Assembly: GCA_031256725.1 (NCBI GenBank)
Contig: JAIRQE010000025.1
Span: 90,001 to 122,000, forward strand
Source of the DNA: Propionibacteriaceae bacterium
Lineage (GTDB): Bacteria > Actinomycetota > Actinomycetes > Propionibacteriales > Propionibacteriaceae
Length of the DNA: 32,000 nucleotides
Direction of reading: 5' to 3'
A program made the translations under genes and the position numbers. Below the pieces are notes generated by a model. The model made no database searches. It was not told the origin of the DNA and worked only from the letters and a program-made list of their open reading frames with translations. Positions 16,161-24,842 of the stretch are shown here, piece by piece (positions within the stretch are counted from its first letter, which is position 1; each line of letters opens with the position of its first letter).

Positions 16161-17009
16161 ATGAACGACATGGATATCACTGTTATTCTCGATGATTTAG
16201 CCTCTGGGCGTATTGATGCTGCCGAAGCCAAACTGAGGATTGATGCTCTCAGTATGACCGTTGATGAGAATGAGGTTGACACTGAGATGTCGACCGAATG
16301 GCCTCTTCCACCGTTGGAGGAGCCACCGGGGGCCCCTCAGGATCCCGCTCCAGACGAGGTACCTCCCAAGGCTGAGAAGATCAACGGAGTATCCAAGGTG
16401 GTCATCAAGGCGACCGGACGTAAGGTCAAGGTTATCGCCGATCCACTGGTATCCCGCGCATCAGCCGAGGACGTACATCAGGTCAAACGCCGTGGATCCA
16501 CACTCATTATCGTGGGTGATAAGGAGTTTTCTGGCGTCGTGGATGCCATCTCCTGGGCCAAGTCTGTACGCGGTCTCGACGATGTGAAGGCCCTGGGCAT
16601 TGGCAAAGAGCTCACAGTACGTGTCAATCCCGCACTTGAGGTGGATGTGGACCTGACGGGCAGCTCCCTCATGATGGCTGATATCCCCCATATTGGGAAG
16701 GTACGTCTGACCGCAGGTGTAGCGACAATCAGTGGTGCCTCCATGATCTCCGACATGGTGATTCAGGCAGGTACAGCCAATGTTTCTGGTAAGTTCACCG
16801 AAGGGTGGTCACGGGTACGCTGCGAGTCAGGTCAGGTTGTCGTCGACGTAAGTTCCGACTCCGACGTAAGGGTACGAGCCGATGCGCAATTAGGCAGAGT
16901 CACCTGGGAGGGATGCGAACCTGAAGATGGCGACTTGATCCTGGGTGAGGGTACAGCCCACCTTGATGTTGGAGTAGTCATCGGCCACGCCGCCGTCAAA
17001 GTTGTCTGA
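16161..17009 (+). CDS. Hypothetical protein: short helical N-terminus, Pro/Glu-rich linker, beta-strand-repeat C-terminal region
   Basis: 282-aa ORF: ITVILDDLASGRIDAAEAKLRIDAL, then PLPPLEEPPGAPQDPAPDEVPP, then alternating V/I-rich strands (VKVIADP, LTVRVNP, VDVDLTG, VRVRADA). No SD seen and no family recognised. Confidence 0.5.
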   Translation: MNDMDITVILDDLASGRIDAAEAKLRIDALSMTVDENEVDTEMSTEWPLPPLEEPPGAPQDPAPDEVPPKAEKINGVSKVVIKATGRKVKVIADPLVSRASAEDVHQVKRRGSTLIIVGDKEFSGVVDAISWAKSVRGLDDVKALGIGKELTVRVNPALEVDVDLTGSSLMMADIPHIGKVRLTAGVATISGASMISDMVIQAGTANVSGKFTEGWSRVRCESGQVVVDVSSDSDVRVRADAQLGRVTWEGCEPEDGDLILGEGTAHLDVGVVIGHAAVKVV

Positions 17010-17010
17010 C

Positions 17011-17508
17011 TCAGGCTAGGAAGCCTTCAATGGCGATGATGGTTACTGAGATCTGGCGCCCATTGGGTGCCACATAGGAGACCTCATCTCCAACTTTGCA
17101 ACCCAGGATTGCCGCACCAATGGGGGACTGGGGTGAATAGACAGAGACCTCCACAGAATCATCCATGCTCAAGAGTTCACGGGCTCCGAGTAGGAAGGTA
17201 TCCATGTCATCAGGATCACCATCGAAAGCGATAGTGATCGTGGCTCCGGGGCGTACCTCATCATTGACTTCACCAGCTGCTCCCACTTCGGCGCTATCCA
17301 GGATGGCTTTGAGCCGGCGTACCTTCAATTCATTTTGGCCCTGTTCTTCGCGGGCAGCATGGTACCCAGCATTCTCAGAGAGGTCACCCTCTTCGCGGGC
17401 CTGAGCGATCTTCGCCGAAATGATGTCCCGGCCCTCGCCTGAGATGTAATCGTATTCCTTACGCAATTGTTCGTAGGCCTCTTGGGTCAGCCAGATCGTG
17501 TCATTCAT
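17011..17508 (-). CDS. greA: Transcription elongation factor GreA
   Basis: 165 aa from MNDTIWLTQEAYEQL. Coiled-coil tip REEGDLSENAGYHAAREEQ and C-terminal SPIGAAILGCKVGDEV. The in-frame upstream extension to 17679 was rejected. Confidence 0.9.
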   Translation of the reverse strand: MNDTIWLTQEAYEQLRKEYDYISGEGRDIISAKIAQAREEGDLSENAGYHAAREEQGQNELKVRRLKAILDSAEVGAAGEVNDEVRPGATITIAFDGDPDDMDTFLLGARELLSMDDSVEVSVYSPQSPIGAAILGCKVGDEVSYVAPNGRQISVTIIAIEGFLA

Positions 17509-17701
17509 CCGACTATTTTCCAAGACAGCTTTACCATTACACAAATCGACATCTGTAGTGTGGGTGATTCCGTCATTCTGGGTACTGCGACTTCGCGCAG
17601 CATAAGCTCCGTCACACGATCCAGTACCACCATGGGTGATCTTTGGTCTGGATTGATCTTTTGCCAAGTTCACCATCATAGAACTTCACAAAACCCACTG
17701 A

Positions 17702-17745
17702 ATCACAAGGGAGCTCTCAAGAAATCACAAGGGAGCTCTCAAGAA
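17702..17745. repeat. Perfect 22-bp tandem duplication (ATCACAAGGGAGCTCTCAAGAA x2)
   Basis: Copies at 17702-17723 and 17724-17745 are identical. Near-inverted arms flank them: GAATCACAA (17700-17708) and TTGTGAATC (17746-17754). Confidence 0.95.
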
Positions 17746-17912
17746 TTGTGAATCTTTGACATGTCTTAGGGCCAAAATCAGTACCAGTACTTCACAATTC
17801 TACGTAGGTACAGGCAGAGCGACTGACTTTTGTTACGTTGTTCTTCTTGTACTGGCGAATGATGATTGTGGGAGCGGTATCCTTGGAGGACTTGAGTGTG
17901 AAAAGGAAACCC

Positions 17913-18770
17913 ATGTTCCAAGAACCATTGAGGCTCTTATGTGCCCATGCCCATCCTGATGATGAGGCATCCAAGGGTGCCGCAACTATGGCGATGTACG
18001 TACGCCATGGGTTTGAGGTCACGGTGTTGACCATGACCGGTGGTGAGCGTGGTGACGTACTCAATCCGAAACTGGACAACGAGGAAACTCGGGCCAACCT
18101 TGCCGAGATCCGGCGCACTGAGATGGATCGGGCCCGCGAGATCCTGGGTGTACGCCAGGTGTGGCTGGGCTATGAAGATTCGGGTTTCACCTTGGAGGAG
18201 CCGTGGGAGGATATGCCCGAGGGGAGCTTGGCTGCCACGGATCTGCGAGAGTCGGCAGCCAAGATGGCGGATCTTCTCGTCGAGCTGAGGCCCCATGTGT
18301 TGATCACCTATGACGAGAATGGTGGCTATCCTCATCCCGATCATATCATGTGCCACAAAGTATCGATCAAGGCTCTCGCATATGCGGCTGACAAGGAGAG
18401 ATACGGTGAGCGGTCCTGGGAGGTACCTAAGGTTTATTATCACATGAGCTTCCATCGTGAGAAGTACCTTGCTCTCGGTCAGGCCATGCGTCTTGCTGGT
18501 CTAGAGTCGCCTTATATTGAGCGTCTCCAAGGCTGGGTCTACGATGCGGCCGACCATCGGATCACCACCAAGGTCACCTGTTCCGATTTCTTCGAGGTGC
18601 GAGATGACGCACTTCGGGCCCATGCGACTCAGGTTGATCCTGATGGATGGTGGTTTGTGGTACCTCTGGAAATCCAGAAGGAAACCTGGCCCACTGAGGA
18701 TTATGAGTTGGCCCGATCAACCATCCCCGTAAAACTCCCCGAAACGGATCTTTTTGCTGGACTGCGTTAA
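17913..18770 (+). CDS. mca: Mycothiol S-conjugate amidase (LmbE/MshB-Mca family)
   Basis: Start at MFQEPLRLL (AAGGA RBS). Motifs AHAHPDDEASKGAAT, TGGERG, YDENGGYPHPDH, RDDALRAHATQ, and C-terminal WPTEDYELARS...ETDLFAG, which closely follows my recollection of M. tuberculosis Mca. The position next to greA matches mycobacterial synteny. Confidence 0.85.
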   Translation: MFQEPLRLLCAHAHPDDEASKGAATMAMYVRHGFEVTVLTMTGGERGDVLNPKLDNEETRANLAEIRRTEMDRAREILGVRQVWLGYEDSGFTLEEPWEDMPEGSLAATDLRESAAKMADLLVELRPHVLITYDENGGYPHPDHIMCHKVSIKALAYAADKERYGERSWEVPKVYYHMSFHREKYLALGQAMRLAGLESPYIERLQGWVYDAADHRITTKVTCSDFFEVRDDALRAHATQVDPDGWWFVVPLEIQKETWPTEDYELARSTIPVKLPETDLFAGLR

Positions 18771-18933
18771 CGAACACGCGCCTTCAGGTTCAGAGGCATT
18801 ACATCATATGACTAATTCTCAAATATCGATGTCGATGACCAATGGGCGCAGGATGAGAACGGGATCATAAACGGGAGTATGACATTTACGCCTCACCAGA
18901 GTGTGACTTGTATTATCTACTACACTTGCCAGG

Positions 18934-20235
18934 ATGGCTAAAGTTCTTGCCGATATAACTCCTATGCGTGTGTCCCCTGCTTTTCGGCGGTTGTGGATCG
19001 GGCAGAGCCTAGCTTCAATCGGGGGACAACTTACGGCAATGGCGGTTGCCTTAGAGATCTATCACCTCACCCAGTCAACTTTCATGGTGGGTTTGGTCGG
19101 GGTCTTCGCATTAGTACCTCTGATCATCATGGGACTCTATGGCGGTTCAATCATCGACAACCATGACCGGCGTACAGTGGCTTTCTTTTCGGCACTCGTC
19201 ATGTGGGGTGCCACCATTGGTCTTGCTGTTGCCGCGTGGGTACACCTCGAAAACGTGTGGGTACTCTATGCCATGGTTGCCATCCAATCTGGTGCGGGCG
19301 GTGTCAGTCACCCGGCGCGATCCTCGATCATTCCCAGGCTGGTCGACAAGTCTCTCTTGCCCGCAGCCAATGCACTCAATTCGGCTACCTGGACTACAGC
19401 CCTCATGATTGGCCCCCTGATCGGCTCCATGCTTGTTGCAAGCTTTGGGTACAAGATCGCATACACGGTCGATGTCATCACTTTCACCGCAGCACTCTAT
19501 GCGGTGATCAGGCTTCCAAGCGTACTTCCGCTTCGCTCAGACACCGAAAAAGCGGTACGAGGGTGGCGTTGCGTTGTGGACGGGTTCAAGTTTCTCGCCA
19601 CAAGAAAAAACGTGAGGATGACCTTCTTTATGGACATCGCTGCGATGGTGTTGGCTTTCCCGGTGGCTTTGTTTCCTGCGGTCGCGATGACGATGATCGG
19701 GGGAGGGGAAACCACTGCTGGATGGTTGACCGCCTTCCTGGCGTTCGGGTCCGTGGTTGCCTTAGTGTTCTCGGGCCCTCTGGGTAGGGTTCGACGCCAG
19801 GGCTTGGCAGTAGCAATCATGATCGTCGGATGGGCTCTGGGAATCATGGGTTTCGGTGTTGTCCTGATGATCGTGGGTACAACCAATCCAGACTCCGTTA
19901 TCTGGTGGGCCCTGATTGCCTCCGGGGTCTGTCTGGCGTTCGCGGGTGCCTGTGATGCGATTTCCTCGGTCTTTCGCAATGTCATCCTTCAGGCTGCCAC
20001 CCCTGATGAGCTTCGGGGTCGCCTCCAGGGTATCTTCACTGTCACAGTCGCTGGTGGTCCCAACCTCGGTAAGGCTCTCACAGGTGGGATGTCCCGGCTC
20101 CTTGGCGGGATCAGTAGCGTACCCCTAGGATTGACCGCCCTCATTGGTGGAGGTCTGTGCATAATCGCAGTGGGTGTACTCTCCAAGTCCACTCCCAACT
20201 TCATCAAATATGACGCCGAGAATCCAATACCATGA
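18934..20235 (+). CDS. MFS transporter (EntS/MFS_3-like)
   Basis: 433 aa. N-terminal SPAFRRLWIGQSLASIGGQLTAMAV is typical of this MFS subgroup. About 12 TM segments. Confidence 0.8.
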   Translation: MAKVLADITPMRVSPAFRRLWIGQSLASIGGQLTAMAVALEIYHLTQSTFMVGLVGVFALVPLIIMGLYGGSIIDNHDRRTVAFFSALVMWGATIGLAVAAWVHLENVWVLYAMVAIQSGAGGVSHPARSSIIPRLVDKSLLPAANALNSATWTTALMIGPLIGSMLVASFGYKIAYTVDVITFTAALYAVIRLPSVLPLRSDTEKAVRGWRCVVDGFKFLATRKNVRMTFFMDIAAMVLAFPVALFPAVAMTMIGGGETTAGWLTAFLAFGSVVALVFSGPLGRVRRQGLAVAIMIVGWALGIMGFGVVLMIVGTTNPDSVIWWALIASGVCLAFAGACDAISSVFRNVILQAATPDELRGRLQGIFTVTVAGGPNLGKALTGGMSRLLGGISSVPLGLTALIGGGLCIIAVGVLSKSTPNFIKYDAENPIP

Positions 20236-20261
20236 TTCCATGTCACATTTCTTGAGGTGAC

Positions 20262-21266
20262 CTAGTGTCGCGTTTCTTGATCTGTGGGATCGTCGGCAGT
20301 GCGAATAGAGTGGGTCAAGGATTGGATGAGGCGAGCATCATGAGCACCCTCGATAAGCGAGTACGGTGGAGGCCCCTCGCCACGAAGGTGGGTTGCCAGA
20401 CGGCAGAGGTACTCAGCGATCCCCAGATCCTCCTCGGACCATGTCATCTGCGGGAAGGGGTTCGTCCACAAGACTTGGCCGCCGAACAGGATCTTGGAGT
20501 ACGACCCGTGGCTGGTTTTCAGGGATGTACTCACGTAGGATTCCGGACTTGATGGATCTCGAGTGAGGTACGTGGTCGTGATCAGGCCCTCGTGAAGATG
20601 GACCACCTGGTCCCCGTGGATCTCCCCTTCGGTGGTTTTTATAAGGATCTGAGCAGGGGTACCTCGTCCCAGAGTGTGGCCAGAAACCTGGAAGATGCCC
20701 AGGCGGTCATCCCCAAAATCGAGGGAGGCCAGAGTCAGTCCCTTAAATCGGTGGGCGCTTTCGGTAGGGTTCTCCAACCCCACGCCAAGGAATCGTCTCA
20801 TGAGTGCCACCGCATTGTAGAGGGGAGTGCCTGATACCTGTACCTGTGTGACAGATCCTAGATCACCATTTTCAATGACCCGCAGCCGAGCAAGATTACT
20901 GGGAGGGAACAGCGGATAGACCCCACAGTGGACCAACCCAGAATCGCACAGGTGCGCCCACTCATCACCAGGCAACAATGGGGGATGTACGAGTACTGGT
21001 ACCCCCGCTTCAACGCAAGCCTTCACCACTGTGAGACCTGATCGAGCAGGCGCTACACAGACCACCAGATCGGGCCTAGTCTGACCCAAAGACACACCAA
21101 GTTCCGTCTTAAGATCCGCAGGAGTCAGTCTTGTTCGCCCAGGATCACGCCCAGTACCTTTGCCTCTACGACCAATAACCCCACCACACTCCCACTCATC
21201 CATGTCACCCAAGACCACAGGTACCCGTCGAAACCGGTATCCAACCCCAACCTGGATGTACTTCAC
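20262..21266 (-). CDS. Divergent Gfo/Idh/MocA-like oxidoreductase-fold protein
   Basis: 334 aa. PDLVVCVAPARSGLTVVKACVEAGVPVLVHPPL resembles the family block iDaV.I.tP...H...a..al.aGkhVl.EKPl, but HPP replaces EKP and the N-terminal glycine motif is degenerate. Confidence 0.4.
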   Translation of the reverse strand: MKYIQVGVGYRFRRVPVVLGDMDEWECGGVIGRRGKGTGRDPGRTRLTPADLKTELGVSLGQTRPDLVVCVAPARSGLTVVKACVEAGVPVLVHPPLLPGDEWAHLCDSGLVHCGVYPLFPPSNLARLRVIENGDLGSVTQVQVSGTPLYNAVALMRRFLGVGLENPTESAHRFKGLTLASLDFGDDRLGIFQVSGHTLGRGTPAQILIKTTEGEIHGDQVVHLHEGLITTTYLTRDPSSPESYVSTSLKTSHGSYSKILFGGQVLWTNPFPQMTWSEEDLGIAEYLCRLATHLRGEGPPPYSLIEGAHDARLIQSLTHSIRTADDPTDQETRH

Positions 21267-21333
21267 AACTCAAGGGTACCGAGTAAAGGAGAAGTGCGGG
21301 GCGTGTCAGCCTTAGGCCAACCAAATCAATCAT

Positions 21334-21371
21334 GACAGTGTTTGGAACAGATATACCTCACCCTCTCTCCG
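21334..21371 (+). repeat. Conserved intergenic element, copy B
   Basis: Sequence GACAGTGTTTGGAACAGATATACCTCACCCTCTCTCCG, 133 nt upstream of the carboxyltransferase operon ATG. Confidence 0.9.
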
Positions 21372-21503
21372 ACAATAACCAAACAAACGATCTCCGACAG
21401 CATCCACATTCTGCACATGCGTTCACTGTGGACGGTCAACCAGTGAAAACGTGACTCTCAAACCAATGAACTTTGGATTCCAGACCAACAGATAAGTGGT
21501 TGG

Positions 21504-23009
21504 ATGGTTAGCATGAAGCCTAAAATCATTGGTGTTACAGAACTAGCACTGCGCGATGCCCATCAGAGTCTCCTTGCTACCCGTATGGCACTCGAAGACA
21601 TGGTCGAGGCCTGTGAAGATATCGATAAGGCCGGCTATTGGTCGGTGGAGTGCTGGGGCGGAGCCACATTCGATGCATGTATTCGTTTCTTGAATGAGGA
21701 TCCTTGGGTACGCCTACGTACCTTCCGTGAGTTGATGCCCAACTCACGATTGCAGATGTTGCTACGCGGTCAGAACCTTCTTGGATACCGCCACTACGAG
21801 GATATGGTGGTCGACAAGTTTGTGGAGAAGTCTGCCGAAAACGGTATGGACGTCTTCCGTGTCTTTGATGCACTCAATGACCCACGCAACCTTGAGCGAG
21901 CTATGAAAGCGGTCATCAAGACTGGTAAGCATGCCCAGGGTACGATCTGCTACACGATTTCTCCCGTACACACCGTTGAGGGGTACCTTAAACTCGCTGG
22001 TCGCCTTATTGACATGGGTGCCCATTCGATCGCCATCAAGGATATGGCCGCCATCTTAAGACCCCAACCGGCCCACGATATCATCTGTGCCATTAAGGAA
22101 ACCTATGGGGAGGACATACAAATCAACGTTCACTGTCATTCAACGACTGGTGTGACGATGGCAACCCTATTCTCCGCTATTCAGGCTGGCGCCGATGTCG
22201 TGGATACAGCGATCTCGTCGATGTCTTTAGGCCCAGGGCATAATCCGACGGGTTCCCTCTTCCACATGCTTGAGGGTACGGGCTACCACGCCGAGCTCGA
22301 CATGGTTCGCCTTGGTCGTGTCCGGGATCATTTCGCGAAGATCCGTCCCCGGTATGCAGAGTTCGAGTCCCCAACCCTCGTCGAGTCTGGGATCTTCCGA
22401 TCCCAGATCCCTGGTGGAATGCTGTCGAACATGGAGTCCCAGTTGAGGATGCAGGGTGCTGCCGATAAGAGGGCCGAGGTCATGGCAGAGGTGCCGATTG
22501 TGAAGGCTGATGCCGGTCATCCACCACTGGTCACACCGACATCCCAGATCGTGGGCAGCCAGGCAGTCTTCAACGTACTCTTTGGAAGGTACGAGAAGAT
22601 GACGGCCGAGTTTGCTGACCTGGTCCTTGGCTACTATGGGCGTACCCATGGTGAGGTCAACCCTGAGGTTGCGAAGATCGCTGAAGAGCAGACCGGAAAG
22701 AAACCCATCCATGATCGCCCAGCAGACCATCTGGAGCCCGAATGGGATCAATTGGTGACTGAGGCCCATGCACTTGAGGGCAATGATGGTACAGATGAGG
22801 ACGTACTCACCTACGCAATGTTCCCCGCTGTCGCAACCGAATTCTTTAAGACACGCGCGAAGGGGCCGATCAATGTAGGCAAGTCTGCCGCTCAAGTTAA
22901 GGCTGAAGAGGAAGCCCGCCTGACGGGAGAGACCACACCAACCGCTCCTATCACATACAATGTGAGGATGGGCGGGCGAACGCTCGCAGTGAAGGTCGAA
23001 AGGGCCTAG
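21504..23009 (+). CDS. Methylmalonyl-CoA carboxyltransferase 5S subunit (oxaloacetate decarboxylase alpha / pyruvate carboxylase subunit B-like, no biotinyl domain)
   Basis: 501 aa. Motifs LALRDAHQSLLATRM, ECWGGATFD and LLRGQNLLGYRHY. Ends without an AMKM biotin domain. Confidence 0.85.
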   Translation: MVSMKPKIIGVTELALRDAHQSLLATRMALEDMVEACEDIDKAGYWSVECWGGATFDACIRFLNEDPWVRLRTFRELMPNSRLQMLLRGQNLLGYRHYEDMVVDKFVEKSAENGMDVFRVFDALNDPRNLERAMKAVIKTGKHAQGTICYTISPVHTVEGYLKLAGRLIDMGAHSIAIKDMAAILRPQPAHDIICAIKETYGEDIQINVHCHSTTGVTMATLFSAIQAGADVVDTAISSMSLGPGHNPTGSLFHMLEGTGYHAELDMVRLGRVRDHFAKIRPRYAEFESPTLVESGIFRSQIPGGMLSNMESQLRMQGAADKRAEVMAEVPIVKADAGHPPLVTPTSQIVGSQAVFNVLFGRYEKMTAEFADLVLGYYGRTHGEVNPEVAKIAEEQTGKKPIHDRPADHLEPEWDQLVTEAHALEGNDGTDEDVLTYAMFPAVATEFFKTRAKGPINVGKSAAQVKAEEEARLTGETTPTAPITYNVRMGGRTLAVKVERA

Positions 23010-23014
23010 ATATT

Positions 23015-24568
23015 ATGACAGCTAAAGATATGTCCGCGCTTGTCGACGATCTCGCAACGAAGCGGTCGACGATGGAAGCAGGTGGCGGTGAGGCGCGCTT
23101 GGAGAAACAGCGTGCTCAGGGCAAGCGTACTGCTCGTGAACGCCTGGAACTTTTCCTGGATGATGGTTCATTTCAGGAGGTAGGTGTCTTCCGCAAGAAT
23201 CGAACAACCGAGTTCGGGATGGACAAAGCCAACCCGCCAGCCGAAGGTGTCGTCACTGGTGCTGGTACGGTGCGAGGACGTCCAGTCAACATTGCCAGCC
23301 AGGATTTCACCGTCATGGGTGGTTCTGCAGGCGAGATGCACTCGGTGAAAGTTGTAGACATGATGGAGATGGCTCTCACATGTGGGAACCCCTTCGTCTT
23401 TGTGAACGACTCGGGTGGAGCTCGTGTCCAAGAGGGCATTGATTCCTTGTCCGGGTACGGCAAGGTCTTCTATGCCAATGTGAAGCTTTCCGGTGTGGTA
23501 CCTCAGATCTCTTTGATCTGTGGTCCGTGTGCTGGTGGTGCAGCCTATTCCCCCGCATTGACTGACTTCATCATTCAAACCCGTAAAGCCAATATGTTCA
23601 TCACAGGCCCTGGCGTTATCAAGCAGGTGACCGGTGAGGATGTGACCCAGGAGGAACTGGGTGGTCCTGATGCCCATATGGCGAAGTCGGGTGTTATTCA
23701 CTTTGTGGCGAATGACGATGATCAGGCCATCCTGATCGCGCAGAAGCTGCTGAGCTTCTTCCCTCAGAACAACTCTGAGGAACCGCCAATTGTTGATCCG
23801 GTCATGGATGTGTCCCCCGACGAGTCGCTGCGCGATCTCGTACCATTGGAGGCAACCAAGGCCTATGATATACGCGATGTGATTGCTAAAATTGTTGACC
23901 GTGGTGATTTCCTTGAGGTTCACGCACAGTACGCCATGAACATTGTGGTGGGCTTTGCCCGCATCTGTGGTCGTAGTGTGGGTATTGTTGCCAATCAGCC
24001 TTCGGTGATGGCTGGTGTTTTGGACATCAACTCTTCGGATAAGGCATCCCGATTCATTCGATTCTGTGACGCCTTCAACATCCCGATCCTGACACTCGTC
24101 GATGTGCCCGGATTCATGCCTGGTGTGGCTCAGGAACACAACGGTATCATCCGCCATGGCGCGAAGATGCTGTTTGCGTACTCTGCTGCGACTGTACCGT
24201 TGATTACCGTTGTGATACGCAAATCCTATGGTGGCGCCTATCTGGCCATGGCTGGTCGTGACCTGGGTGCTGATGCGGTCTTCGCATGGCCGACAGCAGA
24301 GATCGCGGTCATGGGTGCTGATGGTGCGGCGGCAGTGGTCTTCGCTCGTGAGATCAAGGAAGCCGATGATCCGGATGCGAAGCGTGCGGAAATGATTGAG
24401 GCCTATCGTGAGGCATTCTCGACCCCGTTCATGGCGGCGTCGCGTGGTCTCGTCGATGACATCATTGACCCAGCGGATACCAGGGCTAGGGTCGCCTTCG
24501 CTTTGGAGCAGCTCGCTAGCAAGCGCAAGCAGACTCCTCCAAAGAAACATGGCGTCTTCCCAAGCTAG
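23015..24568 (+). CDS. Methylmalonyl-CoA carboxyltransferase 12S subunit (acyl-CoA carboxylase beta / PccB-like)
   Basis: 517 aa. Motifs RAQGKRTARERLELFLDDGSF, GGSAGEMH, GPCAGGAAYSPALTDF and GGAYLAM. Starts 5 nt after the 5S gene. Confidence 0.9.
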   Translation: MTAKDMSALVDDLATKRSTMEAGGGEARLEKQRAQGKRTARERLELFLDDGSFQEVGVFRKNRTTEFGMDKANPPAEGVVTGAGTVRGRPVNIASQDFTVMGGSAGEMHSVKVVDMMEMALTCGNPFVFVNDSGGARVQEGIDSLSGYGKVFYANVKLSGVVPQISLICGPCAGGAAYSPALTDFIIQTRKANMFITGPGVIKQVTGEDVTQEELGGPDAHMAKSGVIHFVANDDDQAILIAQKLLSFFPQNNSEEPPIVDPVMDVSPDESLRDLVPLEATKAYDIRDVIAKIVDRGDFLEVHAQYAMNIVVGFARICGRSVGIVANQPSVMAGVLDINSSDKASRFIRFCDAFNIPILTLVDVPGFMPGVAQEHNGIIRHGAKMLFAYSAATVPLITVVIRKSYGGAYLAMAGRDLGADAVFAWPTAEIAVMGADGAAAVVFAREIKEADDPDAKRAEMIEAYREAFSTPFMAASRGLVDDIIDPADTRARVAFALEQLASKRKQTPPKKHGVFPS

Positions 24569-24578
24569 GAGTCTGATA

Positions 24579-24827
24579 ATGAGCAATACGATGATATTGC
24601 GCGACTCGGCTGTGGGTGACTCCACTGGTCCTCGCGCAAAGGTGAAATCAGTGAAGGTTCTTGGTGAAGAACCTTTGGAAGAAGAGATTCTCCATGCCAT
24701 TGCAGCAGCAGTGGTCGACTATGTTTCGACCGGCAAGGAAGTCAAGCATCAAGCGCGATTCGCGCCCGTACCCCTGTGGACTCGTGGTGCGCGTTTCGCA
24801 CAACTCAACAACCTACCTGCACGGTGA
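24579..24827 (+). CDS. Small operon-internal protein, acyl-CoA carboxylase epsilon-subunit-like
   Basis: 82 codons from MSNTMILRD with an AGGAG RBS 7 nt upstream. The segment VKVLGEEPLEEEILHAIAAAVV resembles the AccE/PccE-type motif (l.vvrG.pt.EElAAl.a.l). Its position immediately after the beta subunit is typical for epsilon subunits. Confidence 0.45.
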   Translation: MSNTMILRDSAVGDSTGPRAKVKSVKVLGEEPLEEEILHAIAAAVVDYVSTGKEVKHQARFAPVPLWTRGARFAQLNNLPAR

Positions 24828-24842
24828 CAAAGGAGTAATCAA

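Noticed and set aside
17509-17679. N-terminal extensions offered by the ORF track (greA to 17679, ung to 14656, MFS to 16080, RecB-like to 13072, DoxX-like from 26428, cysK from 4836, mca from 17838, holB from 25234)
   Set aside because: The extensions lack similarity to the N-termini I know for these families. They overlap upstream genes or intergenic signals, and better-placed internal ATGs with RBS-like sequences exist.
23168-24700. 510-aa stop-free ORF on the minus strand, antisense to the whole 12S carboxyltransferase gene
   Set aside because: Its codons are exactly opposite the sense codons: both have their lower coordinate congruent to 2 mod 3. Antisense stops therefore arise only from sense TTA, CTA or TCA codons, which this well-adapted gene avoids. 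The translated product is low-complexity and Arg/His/Thr-rich with no motifs. It is a codon-bias shadow ORF.
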